Below are positions 27,082-36,698 of a stretch of DNA of 64,000 nt, in pieces. Position numbers and translations under genes: made by a program. Where the stretch lies: IMG/VR virus record IMGVR_UViG_3300008954_000005, positions 64,001-128,000 of that record, one strand, 5' to 3'. How positions within the stretch are numbered: the stretch's first letter is position 1; the number at the start of each line of letters is the position of its first letter. The DNA is from a virus. The notes beneath the pieces are model-generated. The model saw nothing but the letters and a program-made list of their open reading frames with translations, had not been told where the DNA came from and did not search any database.

Positions 27082-28505
27082 TGGCTAATTGGGAACTGCA
27101 AGTAATCTCTTCTGTGATTCGCGCAGAAGACCCCTCAACGGCTTGGGAGACTATCCTTAAAGAAGGATTGCAGTTCCGTACGTTTGGTAACATGGAGGCT
27201 AAGTCACTGTTTTCGGCAGTAGACGCGCATTACCGAAGACCAAACAATTTCGGGCATATCCCTAGTGAGGAATCTTTAACTGAACAATTTCCGGGTCTGG
27301 ACCTACCTAGGCCCCTAGAAAACCTTGTTGACCTTTGTGAAAAGGTTAAGCACCAACACGTAAAAAGAGAGTCCGAAAAACTCATCAATACCTTTATGGA
27401 GCAGACCGGCACTAACCCTATTGGGGCCATGACCGATCTGTACGACTCTCTAGGACAACTCCAAGAAAAGGTCCAAACATCAGATGATGTGGTCTTTACC
27501 CAAGTTGCCTTAGAGGAAACTATAGAGGAACTCAATCGTCATAGAGAGGCTGATGGGATTACCGGAATCCCTTGGCCCTGGGCACGATTAAACCGAGCAA
27601 CCAACGGTATTCAAGAAGGGGACTACATCATGGTGTGGGCGTTGCCCAAGTCCATGAAAACGTGGTTCGGTCTTGTTGTCGCTGCTCATGTCTTGTCCAC
27701 GGGAAGACGAGTACTTGTATATAGCAAGGAAATGACGTGGACCGCCGTTAGACGAAGAGTGAGTAGCATTATGAGTAAGGTGAACTACACCAGACTTAAG
27801 AATGCGTCGCTCTCTCGTGCCGAGATATCTCACCTACTGGAGACACAAGAGCAGCTTGCTTCTGATGATTTCCCCGGAGAGCTATTCTTCACTAACTGCG
27901 ACAGACCAGATGGGTCACCCGGTGGGCCTGCCGAAGTTCGGCGTAAAATCGAAATCTACAGGCCACACTTTGTGTTGCTTGATTCGTCATACATGTTGGA
28001 ACTTCCCGGTTCTGGGAATTCAAATGCTCTTGATTGGAAGGTCTTGTCCTCAATCAATAGACAGCTAAAGCAAATCGCAAAATCAACCGGAATACCGGTT
28101 CTTTCAATTCTGCAAGAAAATGAGCGGTCTGCATATAAATATTCAAAGTCTAGGGGCACAGCGTCATTAGCTATGAATACTGGTGCCGTAATGGACTGTG
28201 ACGTAGGTATTCGTCTTGTCTACCATCCACGAAAACAGGAACTAAGTATCCACCTAGCTGCCGCTAGGGAGACTACAGACCCTGGGTTCACGATTCATGC
28301 GCTTGCCTCGGAAAACTTCGGGTACGCGCACGATACGTTGTACTCGTTGACGGACACACAAGATGAAGAGGAAAGGATGCACGATCAGGAAGAAGTTCCT
28401 GAGGATGCCTTTGAGATCCAACCCGCTGTTACCAGCCCTTTAATGGATCAGGCTCGAAACCAACAAGAACCTGACGAGATAGATGAGGATACAGCAACGG
28501 GGTAA
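27081..28505 (+). CDS. dnaB: DnaB-like replicative helicase
   Basis: GIPWPW..LNRATNGIQEG, Walker A variant ALPKSMKT, YSKEM, LLDS, LKQIAK..GIPV. Confidence 0.88.
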   Translation: MANWELQVISSVIRAEDPSTAWETILKEGLQFRTFGNMEAKSLFSAVDAHYRRPNNFGHIPSEESLTEQFPGLDLPRPLENLVDLCEKVKHQHVKRESEKLINTFMEQTGTNPIGAMTDLYDSLGQLQEKVQTSDDVVFTQVALEETIEELNRHREADGITGIPWPWARLNRATNGIQEGDYIMVWALPKSMKTWFGLVVAAHVLSTGRRVLVYSKEMTWTAVRRRVSSIMSKVNYTRLKNASLSRAEISHLLETQEQLASDDFPGELFFTNCDRPDGSPGGPAEVRRKIEIYRPHFVLLDSSYMLELPGSGNSNALDWKVLSSINRQLKQIAKSTGIPVLSILQENERSAYKYSKSRGTASLAMNTGAVMDCDVGIRLVYHPRKQELSIHLAAARETTDPGFTIHALASENFGYAHDTLYSLTDTQDEEERMHDQEEVPEDAFEIQPAVTSPLMDQARNQQEPDEIDEDTATG

Positions 28506-28507
28506 GG

Positions 28508-29494
28508 ATGTTTTCAAAAGAAGAGGTAGTCGATTTATTATCGAATTATATAACGTTTGATAAACACGATACCCCTGGTGATAACCTCCCAGCTTTTTGC
28601 CCCTTCCATAAGGAGGGCAAAGAGAGCCGTCCATCCCTTTATGTTTACATAGGTAATCAGTCCATATCCCGACATGTAGGTATGGCTTTCTGCCACACAT
28701 GCAACAAGGGGTGGACCCTAACGGGATTGCTTAAAGACCTAAAGGTTGGTCCACAGATTGTGGATACCTTCAAAAAGGTTCTTGAGGAGCAGGCACCGAA
28801 AGTAAAGGTAGATCCGTTTCGGACCCTAGACTTTTCGGTGCCTATTCTTCCCGAAGCCATCTTGGGAGTCTTTGAGTACATGCCCAAAGCACTCATAGCT
28901 GAGGGATTCTCCCCTAAACTTCTTCGGGAGTACGACATAGGTTTCGACCGAGGACGTAAGCGGATAACCTTCGCTCTTAGGGATCATCAGGGAAATTTAG
29001 TGGGCATCTCAGGACGAACCGTCCGTGGAGAGATGCCAAGATACAAAATATACCGCTCAGAGTTCCACGAAGTTTCTCGTAACTATGAGTTTAAGAAGGG
29101 CCGCATTCTGTACGGACTAGACAAGTTTTATCCAAGGAGAATGTATACAAGTATTGACATGCCGGTTATACTGTGTGAAGGCTTTAAAGCCTGCCTATGG
29201 TGTGTTCAGTCTGGGTATACCGATTCGGTTGCCATGTTGGGTTCATTTCTCAGCAGGGAACAGAAGACGTTACTCCAAAGAGTCACCAACAAGGTGGTCA
29301 TTTTTCTAGACAACGATGAAGCAGGGAGGAGAGCAACGCACCAAGTTATTAAACAATTATGCGGTATTGAGGTGCGGGTCGCCAACTATGGAACCAACGA
29401 CCCTATATCACCAGACGATCTAACAAAAACACAGACACAATTATCAATCGAAACGGCGCTTAAGCCGTATGAATGGAGTAGTCAAAATGGCTAA
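28508..29494 (+). CDS. dnaG: DNA primase (CHC2 zinc finger plus TOPRIM)
   Basis: CPFHKE..PS...FCHTC, GISGR, PRYK, LYGLD, ILCEG, FLDNDEAG. Confidence 0.92.
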   Translation: MFSKEEVVDLLSNYITFDKHDTPGDNLPAFCPFHKEGKESRPSLYVYIGNQSISRHVGMAFCHTCNKGWTLTGLLKDLKVGPQIVDTFKKVLEEQAPKVKVDPFRTLDFSVPILPEAILGVFEYMPKALIAEGFSPKLLREYDIGFDRGRKRITFALRDHQGNLVGISGRTVRGEMPRYKIYRSEFHEVSRNYEFKKGRILYGLDKFYPRRMYTSIDMPVILCEGFKACLWCVQSGYTDSVAMLGSFLSREQKTLLQRVTNKVVIFLDNDEAGRRATHQVIKQLCGIEVRVANYGTNDPISPDDLTKTQTQLSIETALKPYEWSSQNG

Positions 29495-30665
29495 AGAAGA
29501 AGAAGCAGTAAACTGGAAATCCTTTCGCGACCAACAGCGAGGAGACTTCAGAAAGAAAATGCTTGCCGGTAAAAAGGGCAAGTTCTCGGCGGGTAGGAAA
29601 CCCCCCGCCAGCAACTCTTTTGCAGAAAAGAAGATGCCCCCTGCGTGGAAGCTTCGTCACCGGGACAGTAAGTTTAAGCCCGACGAGACCCCAACGCGGA
29701 TTCGCATCATCCCGACTACAGAAGAGAAGCCCTTCTATAAGTTCTATACGAAGTGGATTAAGACCCCAGAAGGACAAAACCGAAACCTCATTTCAAATGC
29801 TTGGAATGGTGAACGGGATGTCCCCTGTGTTCTTTACTACTACTGCGAGAAAGAAGAGAGCGAAAACTATTGGGCAGATGAAAAGCTCGCTGTGACCGTT
29901 CTCGTTCTTGAGGACTTCTATAAGATTCCCCATACCTCAAAGAATGGTTTTGAGTATTTCACTTACGAGCGGGTTCCCGCTGCCGACCGTCACGGTCGGA
30001 TTGTCCACCCATCTTCTGCTCACGAGGAATACGACATCGTATTCGGTCGCAAGCTTTGGTGGGAAATGTGGGACTCTCAGAAGAGAGACTTTGAGTCAAA
30101 GCTAGACGGAATCGGTGAAAGCTGTTCCAGTTGCGGTGAGGGCGAAATCAGTACTTATGCGTATGCGTGCGCTAAGTGTGACAATGAGTTCGCAAACCAT
30201 AGAGAAGACGCTATCGACGTTGACACCGAAGAGCAGCTTCGGACTATGGAAGTTGAGTGCGAAGAGTGCAAGCACTACGCTAAAGCTAAGCAGCTTATCG
30301 ACTGCGTGCACGTTAAAGGCGTCGGAAGCCGAAAGCAATACGTTGAGGGGTGCGGTAATCCTGCCCAGCTTGACTGGTCTGCCTGTGACGTAACCGTCTC
30401 AGCCATTTCAGTCGGCAACAGGACCGCTGTAAACATCGACGAGTTTTCCGTATCCGAGGAACTGGATGTTCCTAGCTGGATGACTGAACCCATGGACTTC
30501 GATTATTTTCTTGGTCGTCAGGACCTTGATGACCAAGCGAAGGCGATGGGCCGACGAAATCCGTTTGACGCGAGTGCCCAGCGAGCACTAGACAAGTACT
30601 TCGAAACTCCCCGCAACAGGGAAGACAACGATAGTACGCCTGTCTCCGACAACGACGTATTCTAA
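29487..30665 (+). CDS. single-stranded DNA-binding protein (gp32-like) with Zn-finger insertion
   Basis: RIRIIP..EKPFY, CVL, several CxxC pairs, acidic C-terminus ending DNDVF; lies between primase and polymerase. Confidence 0.6.
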   Translation: MAKEEEAVNWKSFRDQQRGDFRKKMLAGKKGKFSAGRKPPASNSFAEKKMPPAWKLRHRDSKFKPDETPTRIRIIPTTEEKPFYKFYTKWIKTPEGQNRNLISNAWNGERDVPCVLYYYCEKEESENYWADEKLAVTVLVLEDFYKIPHTSKNGFEYFTYERVPAADRHGRIVHPSSAHEEYDIVFGRKLWWEMWDSQKRDFESKLDGIGESCSSCGEGEISTYAYACAKCDNEFANHREDAIDVDTEEQLRTMEVECEECKHYAKAKQLIDCVHVKGVGSRKQYVEGCGNPAQLDWSACDVTVSAISVGNRTAVNIDEFSVSEELDVPSWMTEPMDFDYFLGRQDLDDQAKAMGRRNPFDASAQRALDKYFETPRNREDNDSTPVSDNDVF

Positions 30666-30688
30666 TAAATTCAACGTCATTTGGTACG

Positions 30689-30734
30689 GGGTGGGCCAGG
30701 GGAAATAACTCCTCTGGTCCACCCAACCTAGCTA
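30689..30734 (+). terminator. 15-bp stem-loop followed by TAGCTA (leaky terminator or stabilising hairpin)
   Basis: GGGTGGGCCAGGGGA-aataac-TCCTCTGGTCCACCC then aaccTAGCTA; no U-tract. Confidence 0.55.
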
Positions 30735-30747
30735 ACGGAGGTCAGCT

Positions 30748-32655
30748 ATGGGTATGTTTACCCTATTGCCGGATGCTATCCGGATTCAAGAGCCTGAACA
30801 GGCTATTGCCCTAGCAGAAACCCTGCAGGACAAAAAGATATTAGCCGTTGATACAGAGACTACAGGACTCTCCAGAATCCGTGACCGGACTATCATCCTC
30901 GCAATCAGCGATGGTGAAGAAAGGTTTGCTATCTGGCCTGAGGTGCTCCCGTACTTCAAAGGGCTGCTAGAAAATCCAGAGTTGAAGCTCATCATGCATA
31001 ACGCGAACTTTGACACTTGGATGCTTCGTAATGTGGGAATAGACATCTACAAGTATTGCAACCGAGACCACTACCGTGTCTATGACACGATGGTCATGCA
31101 CGCTCTCGTAGATGACACCCTTCCCCATGACCTAAAGTTCTTAACAAAGCACTACACGGGAATCGAAATGGTCCCGTTCAAATCCGTGTTTGGTACTCAG
31201 CTTCGAAAGCGCCCCCTGCACGAAGTTCTTCTAGACCCAGACAATGAAGACATCGTATCGAACTACGCCTCCCTGGATGCGTATGCAACATACAAGCTTT
31301 TCTTCAAAGTAAGGGACGAGATGCGAGATATCTGGGTCTTCCCAGAGAGGGCCAAAGCAGATGCTCCCTACCCAACCATGTGGGACTACTACCTGAAAAC
31401 AGAACTCCCCTTCACAAAGATTCTGTACATGCTTGAACGAGAGGGGATCACAATTGACAAAATTGCCCTTCTTGAACAGGCCCCTGTTATCGAAGAGCAG
31501 CTTCTGGCTATTCAGAAATGGTTTGGCCGAGAAACCGGTCGAATGTACATCAATCTGAAGTCGAACAAAGAGATGGGTGGGCTGTTCTTCGAAGGGTTGG
31601 ACAGAAAAGCAGTTAGCTACACGGACAAGGGACAACCACAACTAAACAAGGATGTTCTTACCATGTGGGCTCGTGCGGGGTGTGAGTTTGCAACGAAGCT
31701 TCTTCTCTACCGAGACTTAGATAAAAAGCTTGGAACCTACATCAGTAACCTTCTTGAGAAGATCCACATCGATGAAAAAATCCATGCGTCGTTCAACCAA
31801 ACCGGTGCCCGCACTGGTCGGTTGAGTTCTTCGGACCCAAACCTACAGAACCAGCCCCCATACATTCGCTCAGCGTATGTCCCATCACAGGGTAATAAGC
31901 TAATGGCGGCTGACTATGCTCAACTAGAGATGCGTATCTTGGCGCACTTCTCCAATGACGAAACACTCATTGACGCCATCCAAGCAGGCATGGACGTTCA
32001 CTCGTCTACGGCTGCTGAAATGTTTCGTGTTCCTTACGAAGACATTATGGCCGCTCGTACCAAAGACGATAACGGGGAGAGCCTAGACAAGTACGAGAGT
32101 AGTCTTCTCAAGTACAGAAAGAGCGCGAAGGCGATTAACTTTGGCCTCATGTACGGGCAGGGTGCTGGTAAGTTAGCGGGCACCTTGGACTGTACAATCG
32201 ATGAGGCACGCGGTCTTATCCGTCAGTACTTCAGTGCGTTCCCTAACGTCACAAAGTACTTCAGAAACGCAATCATTAAAGCTAAAGAAGATGGCTTCTG
32301 CTCTACCCTTCTGGGTAGGCGTCGGCAGGTTCCGGGCCTTAGGTCTAATGTTGGTGCTGACATTGCTCAAGCGGAACGAAAGGTAAAGAACTCTCCCATT
32401 CAAGGTACGGCTGCGGACATCACTAAGATGGCTATGGTGCGTATATGGGAAGATGATTTCATTGCCAACTCTGGTGCCAGAATGGTCATTCAGGTCCACG
32501 ATGAAATCGTGTTCGAAGTGCCTGAAGAATTTGTAAACGATAAAGAATTTAACGACCGCATCGAAGAACTAATGATGCATCCCTTTGACTTCGACTTGGC
32601 TGTTCCTTTGGAAACGTCAAGCAAGTACGGGGACAACTGGCTGGAGTGTAAGTGA
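30748..32655 (+). CDS. polA: family A DNA polymerase with 3'-5' exonuclease
   Basis: Exo motifs AVDTETTG, HNANFD, YASLDA; polymerase motifs TGRLSSSDPNLQN, ADYAQLEMR, RKSAKAINFGLMYG, QVHDE. Confidence 0.96.
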   Translation: MGMFTLLPDAIRIQEPEQAIALAETLQDKKILAVDTETTGLSRIRDRTIILAISDGEERFAIWPEVLPYFKGLLENPELKLIMHNANFDTWMLRNVGIDIYKYCNRDHYRVYDTMVMHALVDDTLPHDLKFLTKHYTGIEMVPFKSVFGTQLRKRPLHEVLLDPDNEDIVSNYASLDAYATYKLFFKVRDEMRDIWVFPERAKADAPYPTMWDYYLKTELPFTKILYMLEREGITIDKIALLEQAPVIEEQLLAIQKWFGRETGRMYINLKSNKEMGGLFFEGLDRKAVSYTDKGQPQLNKDVLTMWARAGCEFATKLLLYRDLDKKLGTYISNLLEKIHIDEKIHASFNQTGARTGRLSSSDPNLQNQPPYIRSAYVPSQGNKLMAADYAQLEMRILAHFSNDETLIDAIQAGMDVHSSTAAEMFRVPYEDIMAARTKDDNGESLDKYESSLLKYRKSAKAINFGLMYGQGAGKLAGTLDCTIDEARGLIRQYFSAFPNVTKYFRNAIIKAKEDGFCSTLLGRRRQVPGLRSNVGADIAQAERKVKNSPIQGTAADITKMAMVRIWEDDFIANSGARMVIQVHDEIVFEVPEEFVNDKEFNDRIEELMMHPFDFDLAVPLETSSKYGDNWLECK

Positions 32656-32900
32656 TGCAACTAACACAAGACGTAGATCGAGAAGAACAATACTTAAACG
32701 GCGGGGGGCTGCGATGCCCCTACTGCCGCACTAAAAATATCAGTGCAAGGCCTCCGAGCACAGACGCCATGGAAGCCTGGGCACAAGTGTCCTGCGAAGA
32801 GTGTTTTGCCGAGTGGAACGACGTGTACAAACTCGTCGGGATAGAAATAACCTTAGGACCTTCCCTGGAACAGGCAGCGGAGAAGAAACAAAATGACTGA
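32652..32900 (+). CDS. small Zn-ribbon protein
   Basis: CPYC...CEEC..W.DVY.L pattern. Confidence 0.7.
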   Translation: MMQLTQDVDREEQYLNGGGLRCPYCRTKNISARPPSTDAMEAWAQVSCEECFAEWNDVYKLVGIEITLGPSLEQAAEKKQND

Positions 32901-33141
32901 AGAAGCAAAGCTAAAGGTGACTAACTACTTCCCGGACTGCGACTCAATTACGCTCGAAGTCGGTGACTACCACATCGCTGTATATAGGGACGGTGAGGGA
33001 GAGTACGACAGGAAGACCCACGTAGACATCCACAATAAGAAAACAAGCTCAACAACGTATCTGGTTGTGGGAGCACCGTCAGAATTGAAGGAGTTACTGA
33101 ATGACGAGGAAGAGGAAGAAGAACCACCAATGTTCGTCTGA
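32893..33141 (+). CDS. small acidic hypothetical protein
   Basis: 82 aa; coupled to neighbours. Confidence 0.65.
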   Translation: MTEEAKLKVTNYFPDCDSITLEVGDYHIAVYRDGEGEYDRKTHVDIHNKKTSSTTYLVVGAPSELKELLNDEEEEEEPPMFV

Positions 33142-33388
33142 CCATCCGTACATAGAAAAAGCACTCGTCCTTTCAACAGCGCATATGCCCGGAGAGTCCC
33201 CAGAGTTTGGGGGCCTTCGGGCTTTGTCTTTTGAGTATGGCTACGTCGTATGGGTTTCAGAGCCTGGATACGGCGTTCCTGATTGGATCACTCCGATCAT
33301 GGAGATCGCGTACCGAGATGAGTGCACGCTTGTAGTCTTAGATAGAGATGGAAACACAGACAAAAACTTTCAAACATGGGATTGGTAA
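33101..33388 (+). CDS. DUF5983-like protein
   Basis: LVLSTAHM...YGYVVWV...VPDW...C..VVLDRDG pattern; start uncertain. Confidence 0.6.
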   Translation: MTRKRKKNHQCSSDHPYIEKALVLSTAHMPGESPEFGGLRALSFEYGYVVWVSEPGYGVPDWITPIMEIAYRDECTLVVLDRDGNTDKNFQTWDW

Positions 33389-34059
33389 TGAACCAAAAAG
33401 ACTACAAGCCTGCTCCCGATAATTATTGGGAACCTCTTTGGCCTGGGAAGCCACTAAACCACCCAATGGCAAAAACCGGGGAAACCTGGGTCAACGATAA
33501 GTGTCAAGTATTCGTATATGACTACCCTGTAATGTCCTACTTCCCCAAGGAAGTTTCGAGAGAAGAAGTTATCGCTGGGCTCGGATTGACGGGTTGGCCA
33601 CAAATCGTGGAGCTTTCATTAAAGCTTAATACGCGAGAGCCGTGGCAAGATTGGCGCGACTTCTACAGAATCAAGTCAGAGCTTTGCGGCACGGCTTGCT
33701 GGGGGATGCAGATGTACCCTCCCCAGGAGGAGCTTCTAGATACAGCGAACCAGTATCACATGTACGTACTGGACCCAAGCTGCGACGCTTTCCCTATCCG
33801 GCAATTGCAGCCCCCGTTCACTGATTACTCAGAGGGCTGGGAGAAGGTTGTGGAGGAGGGAAAGAAGCATTTTGGGATCGGAAATGACCAGCTTAGAAAT
33901 GCGAAGCAGCGGCCCTGGCAAGAGCACCATAAGTGTGACGACTTGCCACTCATAGGACCAGTGTGGCGCAGCCGAGGCTGGTCTCTTGATGAAGAAGGAA
34001 AACCTCTCTTTACGCCCTCTGGGGCAGGGACGCACGGTAATGGAACAAAAACATTATAG
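33388..34059 (+). CDS. conserved phage hypothetical protein (DUF7694-like)
   Basis: DWRDFYRIKSELCG...QMYPPQEELLDTANQYHMY motif. Confidence 0.65.
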   Translation: MNQKDYKPAPDNYWEPLWPGKPLNHPMAKTGETWVNDKCQVFVYDYPVMSYFPKEVSREEVIAGLGLTGWPQIVELSLKLNTREPWQDWRDFYRIKSELCGTACWGMQMYPPQEELLDTANQYHMYVLDPSCDAFPIRQLQPPFTDYSEGWEKVVEEGKKHFGIGNDQLRNAKQRPWQEHHKCDDLPLIGPVWRSRGWSLDEEGKPLFTPSGAGTHGNGTKTL

Positions 34060-34228
34060 AGTAATAATCGAGGATGAGCTTAAAGCCGACAGCTTCGAAA
34101 GGGCGCTCGTAGTAACCCTAGATCGTATTGAGACCGAAGAAACCGTAGCCTCCGTGGAGTGTCTCTCTACGGGGGAAGTACGGCACTACGAAATACAAAC
34201 AGGAGAAAGGTTAGATGACGAATCATGA
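34040..34228 (+). CDS. small hypothetical protein
   Basis: MEQKHY..., coupled ORF. Confidence 0.55.
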   Translation: MEQKHYRVIIEDELKADSFERALVVTLDRIETEETVASVECLSTGEVRHYEIQTGERLDDES

Positions 34229-34463
34229 CCACGAATTAGAACTATTCCAAGTAGACGATACGGTCTGGATTACGGTGAACAACATCTTGGTCCGAGTAAT
34301 GATGACCGATGAGGGTGCGCTGTGCGACATGTACAGCCAAGCCCTAATAAAAGACGACCATGATGAAGCCCATCTAGCTGCTTGCTACGCCTTCTTTAAT
34401 GAGGCCGGTACAGAAGACACAGATGACGCTGACGAAGACATGGATTACTTCAATGACGACTGA
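34215..34463 (+). CDS. small acidic hypothetical protein
   Basis: 82 aa; overlaps neighbours. Confidence 0.6.
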   Translation: MTNHDHELELFQVDDTVWITVNNILVRVMMTDEGALCDMYSQALIKDDHDEAHLAACYAFFNEAGTEDTDDADEDMDYFNDD

Positions 34464-34737
34464 GTATTCCGAGTGGTTGGATGTAGCTACCTGCTACTTC
34501 TGCGAACAAAAGTACACAGCGGATGAGTGGGAAGACCACCATAGCCCAGTAGAAAACCCACTATCTCATTGTCACGCTAGGTGTTGCGATCACCCAGACT
34601 GCAACGAAGAAGATGTGCCTGACCTTGAGCCCACACATTACAACTGCTGCCATGCGCCCAAAGACATGGGCCACATGTTCGGCTGTCCCAATAGCCCTGA
34701 AAATGAAGGAGGTGAGAGCCATGGGGTACAGGAGTAG
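34453..34737 (+). CDS. small Cys/His-rich protein
   Basis: CYFC...HCHARCCDHPDC...CCH..HMFGC. Confidence 0.6.
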   Translation: MTTEYSEWLDVATCYFCEQKYTADEWEDHHSPVENPLSHCHARCCDHPDCNEEDVPDLEPTHYNCCHAPKDMGHMFGCPNSPENEGGESHGVQE

Positions 34738-35146
34738 TTACCAAATACTTGTTGAGGCACCTAAGGATAAGATGGATGCCTTCTTCAAATGGCTGAAGAC
34801 CCAAGAAGAGATGTGCAAAGAACTAGAGAAAAAAGCACCCATCCCAAGTAGCTATGGGTTCACCGTTGGGGAAACCTACGAGAACATCCAAATGTCCCAA
34901 ATTGACCTAGACATTGTGAACGCAGACAATGGACTTGCCAGGGCTGCATTCGAACATGACTACTGGAAGTGCTACGATCCCTGGGATCTTGTGATAAACC
35001 AGATCGATGAATACTGCACAGATAATGATATCGCCTTCGCCTACGGAAGATTAGGCGAATCAATGGAAGATGCAGAATTCCAAGATAATGACTTAGGTCT
35101 TTACGTAGGCTTTGTCCGTAAGTTTGTTTCCCCGTTTGAGGGCTAG
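34721..35146 (+). CDS. hypothetical phage protein (MGYRS family)
   Basis: SD GGAGGT; MGYRSS...WKCY...YGRLGE..ED pattern. Confidence 0.7.
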   Translation: MGYRSSYQILVEAPKDKMDAFFKWLKTQEEMCKELEKKAPIPSSYGFTVGETYENIQMSQIDLDIVNADNGLARAAFEHDYWKCYDPWDLVINQIDEYCTDNDIAFAYGRLGESMEDAEFQDNDLGLYVGFVRKFVSPFEG

Positions 35147-35148
35147 TT

Positions 35149-35418
35149 GTGCCAAAAAAGAAGCTATGGTTTGTATACGTTGTTAGGTGTTCAGACGGTT
35201 CTCTCTACACAGGGATTACTACGGACCTGAAACGACGCGTGCACGAACATAACAGCACCAGGAGAGGGGCTAAGTATACGAGGTCTAGAAGACCCGTCTA
35301 CTTAGCCTACTCCCATAGGTGCCGGGACAAGGCGGAAGCCTTAGTCTCTGAGCATGGCTTCAAGCGTATGAGTAAGAAAGAAAAAGAAGAATTTATCACG
35401 GAGTTTGGCTATGGCTAA
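35149..35418 (+). CDS. GIY-YIG nuclease (YhbQ/UPF0213-like)
   Basis: WFVYVVRCSDGSLYTGITTDLKRRVHEHN...GAKYTRSRRPV. Confidence 0.92.
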   Translation: MPKKKLWFVYVVRCSDGSLYTGITTDLKRRVHEHNSTRRGAKYTRSRRPVYLAYSHRCRDKAEALVSEHGFKRMSKKEKEEFITEFGYG

Positions 35419-35896
35419 TTACCTGCCCGCAGTTAGATCATCCTATTTTAGGGTGAAGGACAAAGAGAAGTTTCAAGATTGGTTCGATACCCTCATCTCT
35501 AGCGATGATGGTTTAGAGCTTTGGACAAAGGCGGTAGATACCGCAGAGGTCCACCAAAAGTACGCGAGTGACCCGGAAGAAGAGCCGTTTGAACTCGTAG
35601 CCTTCGGGGGGTACACCAGTTGGCCCTGTGAGCGCATAATTGTAAAAAATGATGGTGACGGGGGCGAGGGGGACGACTTTGAAGACTGTGAAGAAATCGA
35701 CTTCACAACGGAACTACAGGAGCACGTCCACGAGGACTGGTCTGTAATCTTACAAGAAATCGGATATGAGAAGCTCCGATACCTTGTGGGCTTCTGCGCC
35801 ATCGTAGATAGTGAAAATATTGAATGGATCGATCTGACCAACTGGGCCGTAACAAAGATCCCAGATGGAAGTAAGTTTACATCACCGGAGTACTGA
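35411..35896 (+). CDS. hypothetical phage protein
   Basis: MANY...RSSYFRVKD...EIGYEKLRYLVG. Confidence 0.75.
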   Translation: MANYLPAVRSSYFRVKDKEKFQDWFDTLISSDDGLELWTKAVDTAEVHQKYASDPEEEPFELVAFGGYTSWPCERIIVKNDGDGGEGDDFEDCEEIDFTTELQEHVHEDWSVILQEIGYEKLRYLVGFCAIVDSENIEWIDLTNWAVTKIPDGSKFTSPEY

Positions 35897-35899
35897 TAG

Positions 35900-36448
35900 A
35901 TGAACCTGAGCGAGTACCAAAGGTTAGCAGCGAGAACCATCCCAGTAGAAGAAATAGATAGCCTTCTAACGAACTTTTGTTTAGGTCTTGCTGGGGAGGG
36001 TGGGGAGTTGATTGACCACGTTAAGAAAGCGGTCTTTCATAAGCACGCCCTTGATAAAGATTACTTGGCTAAAGAGCTTGGTGATCTCCTTTGGTACATC
36101 GCCGGGATTTCGAGCATATTAAAACTCGACCTGTCGGACATAGGTGATATAAATATAGACAAGCTGAAGCGCCGTTATCCGAACGGCTTCACAACCCATC
36201 ACAGTGTTCACCGGGAGGAAGAATTGGACATAAATGACATGATCAAGAAGCGGCAAGTAGCCTTACTAGAAATCATCGGATCAGTGAATACCACTGTCAC
36301 CGAGGGTGATGCCGTCGTTGGGGCCTTCCTCGACATAGACCAAGGCTACGTTGAGCTAGAAGATGGCTCTGGCTACCGAATGTCTATGGGACCAGTAACC
36401 AAGTCTGAGATGCGTTCCGTGAAGAAACGCCTAAACCTAGAAGAGTAA
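35900..36448 (+). CDS. MazG-like nucleoside triphosphate pyrophosphohydrolase
   Basis: YQRLAART, LGLAGEGGE..D.VKK, KELGDLLWY, NIDKLKRRYPNGF. Confidence 0.9.
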   Translation: MNLSEYQRLAARTIPVEEIDSLLTNFCLGLAGEGGELIDHVKKAVFHKHALDKDYLAKELGDLLWYIAGISSILKLDLSDIGDINIDKLKRRYPNGFTTHHSVHREEELDINDMIKKRQVALLEIIGSVNTTVTEGDAVVGAFLDIDQGYVELEDGSGYRMSMGPVTKSEMRSVKKRLNLEE

Positions 36449-36452
36449 TATT

Positions 36453-36698
36453 ATGGAAAAATACAGCGACGCCTCCCAACTTGTCGCAACACTTCTGAAG
36501 ATGAAGCTCTGCGATTCTGAAGAGGCTGCGATGGAAAAAATAGCTTCCGGGAGAGCCCCCCAAATGATTAAGGACTTCAAGATGAAGCTGCTTAACGACA
36601 TGGTCAGTCTGTACAGAGACCAGCTTGGGGATGACGGTATGGACCCAGAACTTATCGAAGAATTTGAAAAAATGAGAAAAGAACTAGAGGAGACCTGA
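36453..36698 (+). CDS. small hypothetical protein
   Basis: 81 aa; coupled to RecA. Confidence 0.65.
   Translation: MEKYSDASQLVATLLKMKLCDSEEAAMEKIASGRAPQMIKDFKMKLLNDMVSLYRDQLGDDGMDPELIEEFEKMRKELEET

Noticed and set aside
33101-33145. Possible frameshift or odd start for the DUF5983-like gene
   Set aside because: A usable ATG exists at 33101 with a simple 41-nt overlap, and there is no slippery site.
35149-35418. GIY-YIG as a homing endonuclease or mobile element
   Set aside because: It is a short stand-alone YhbQ-type domain with no DNA-binding extension or intron context.
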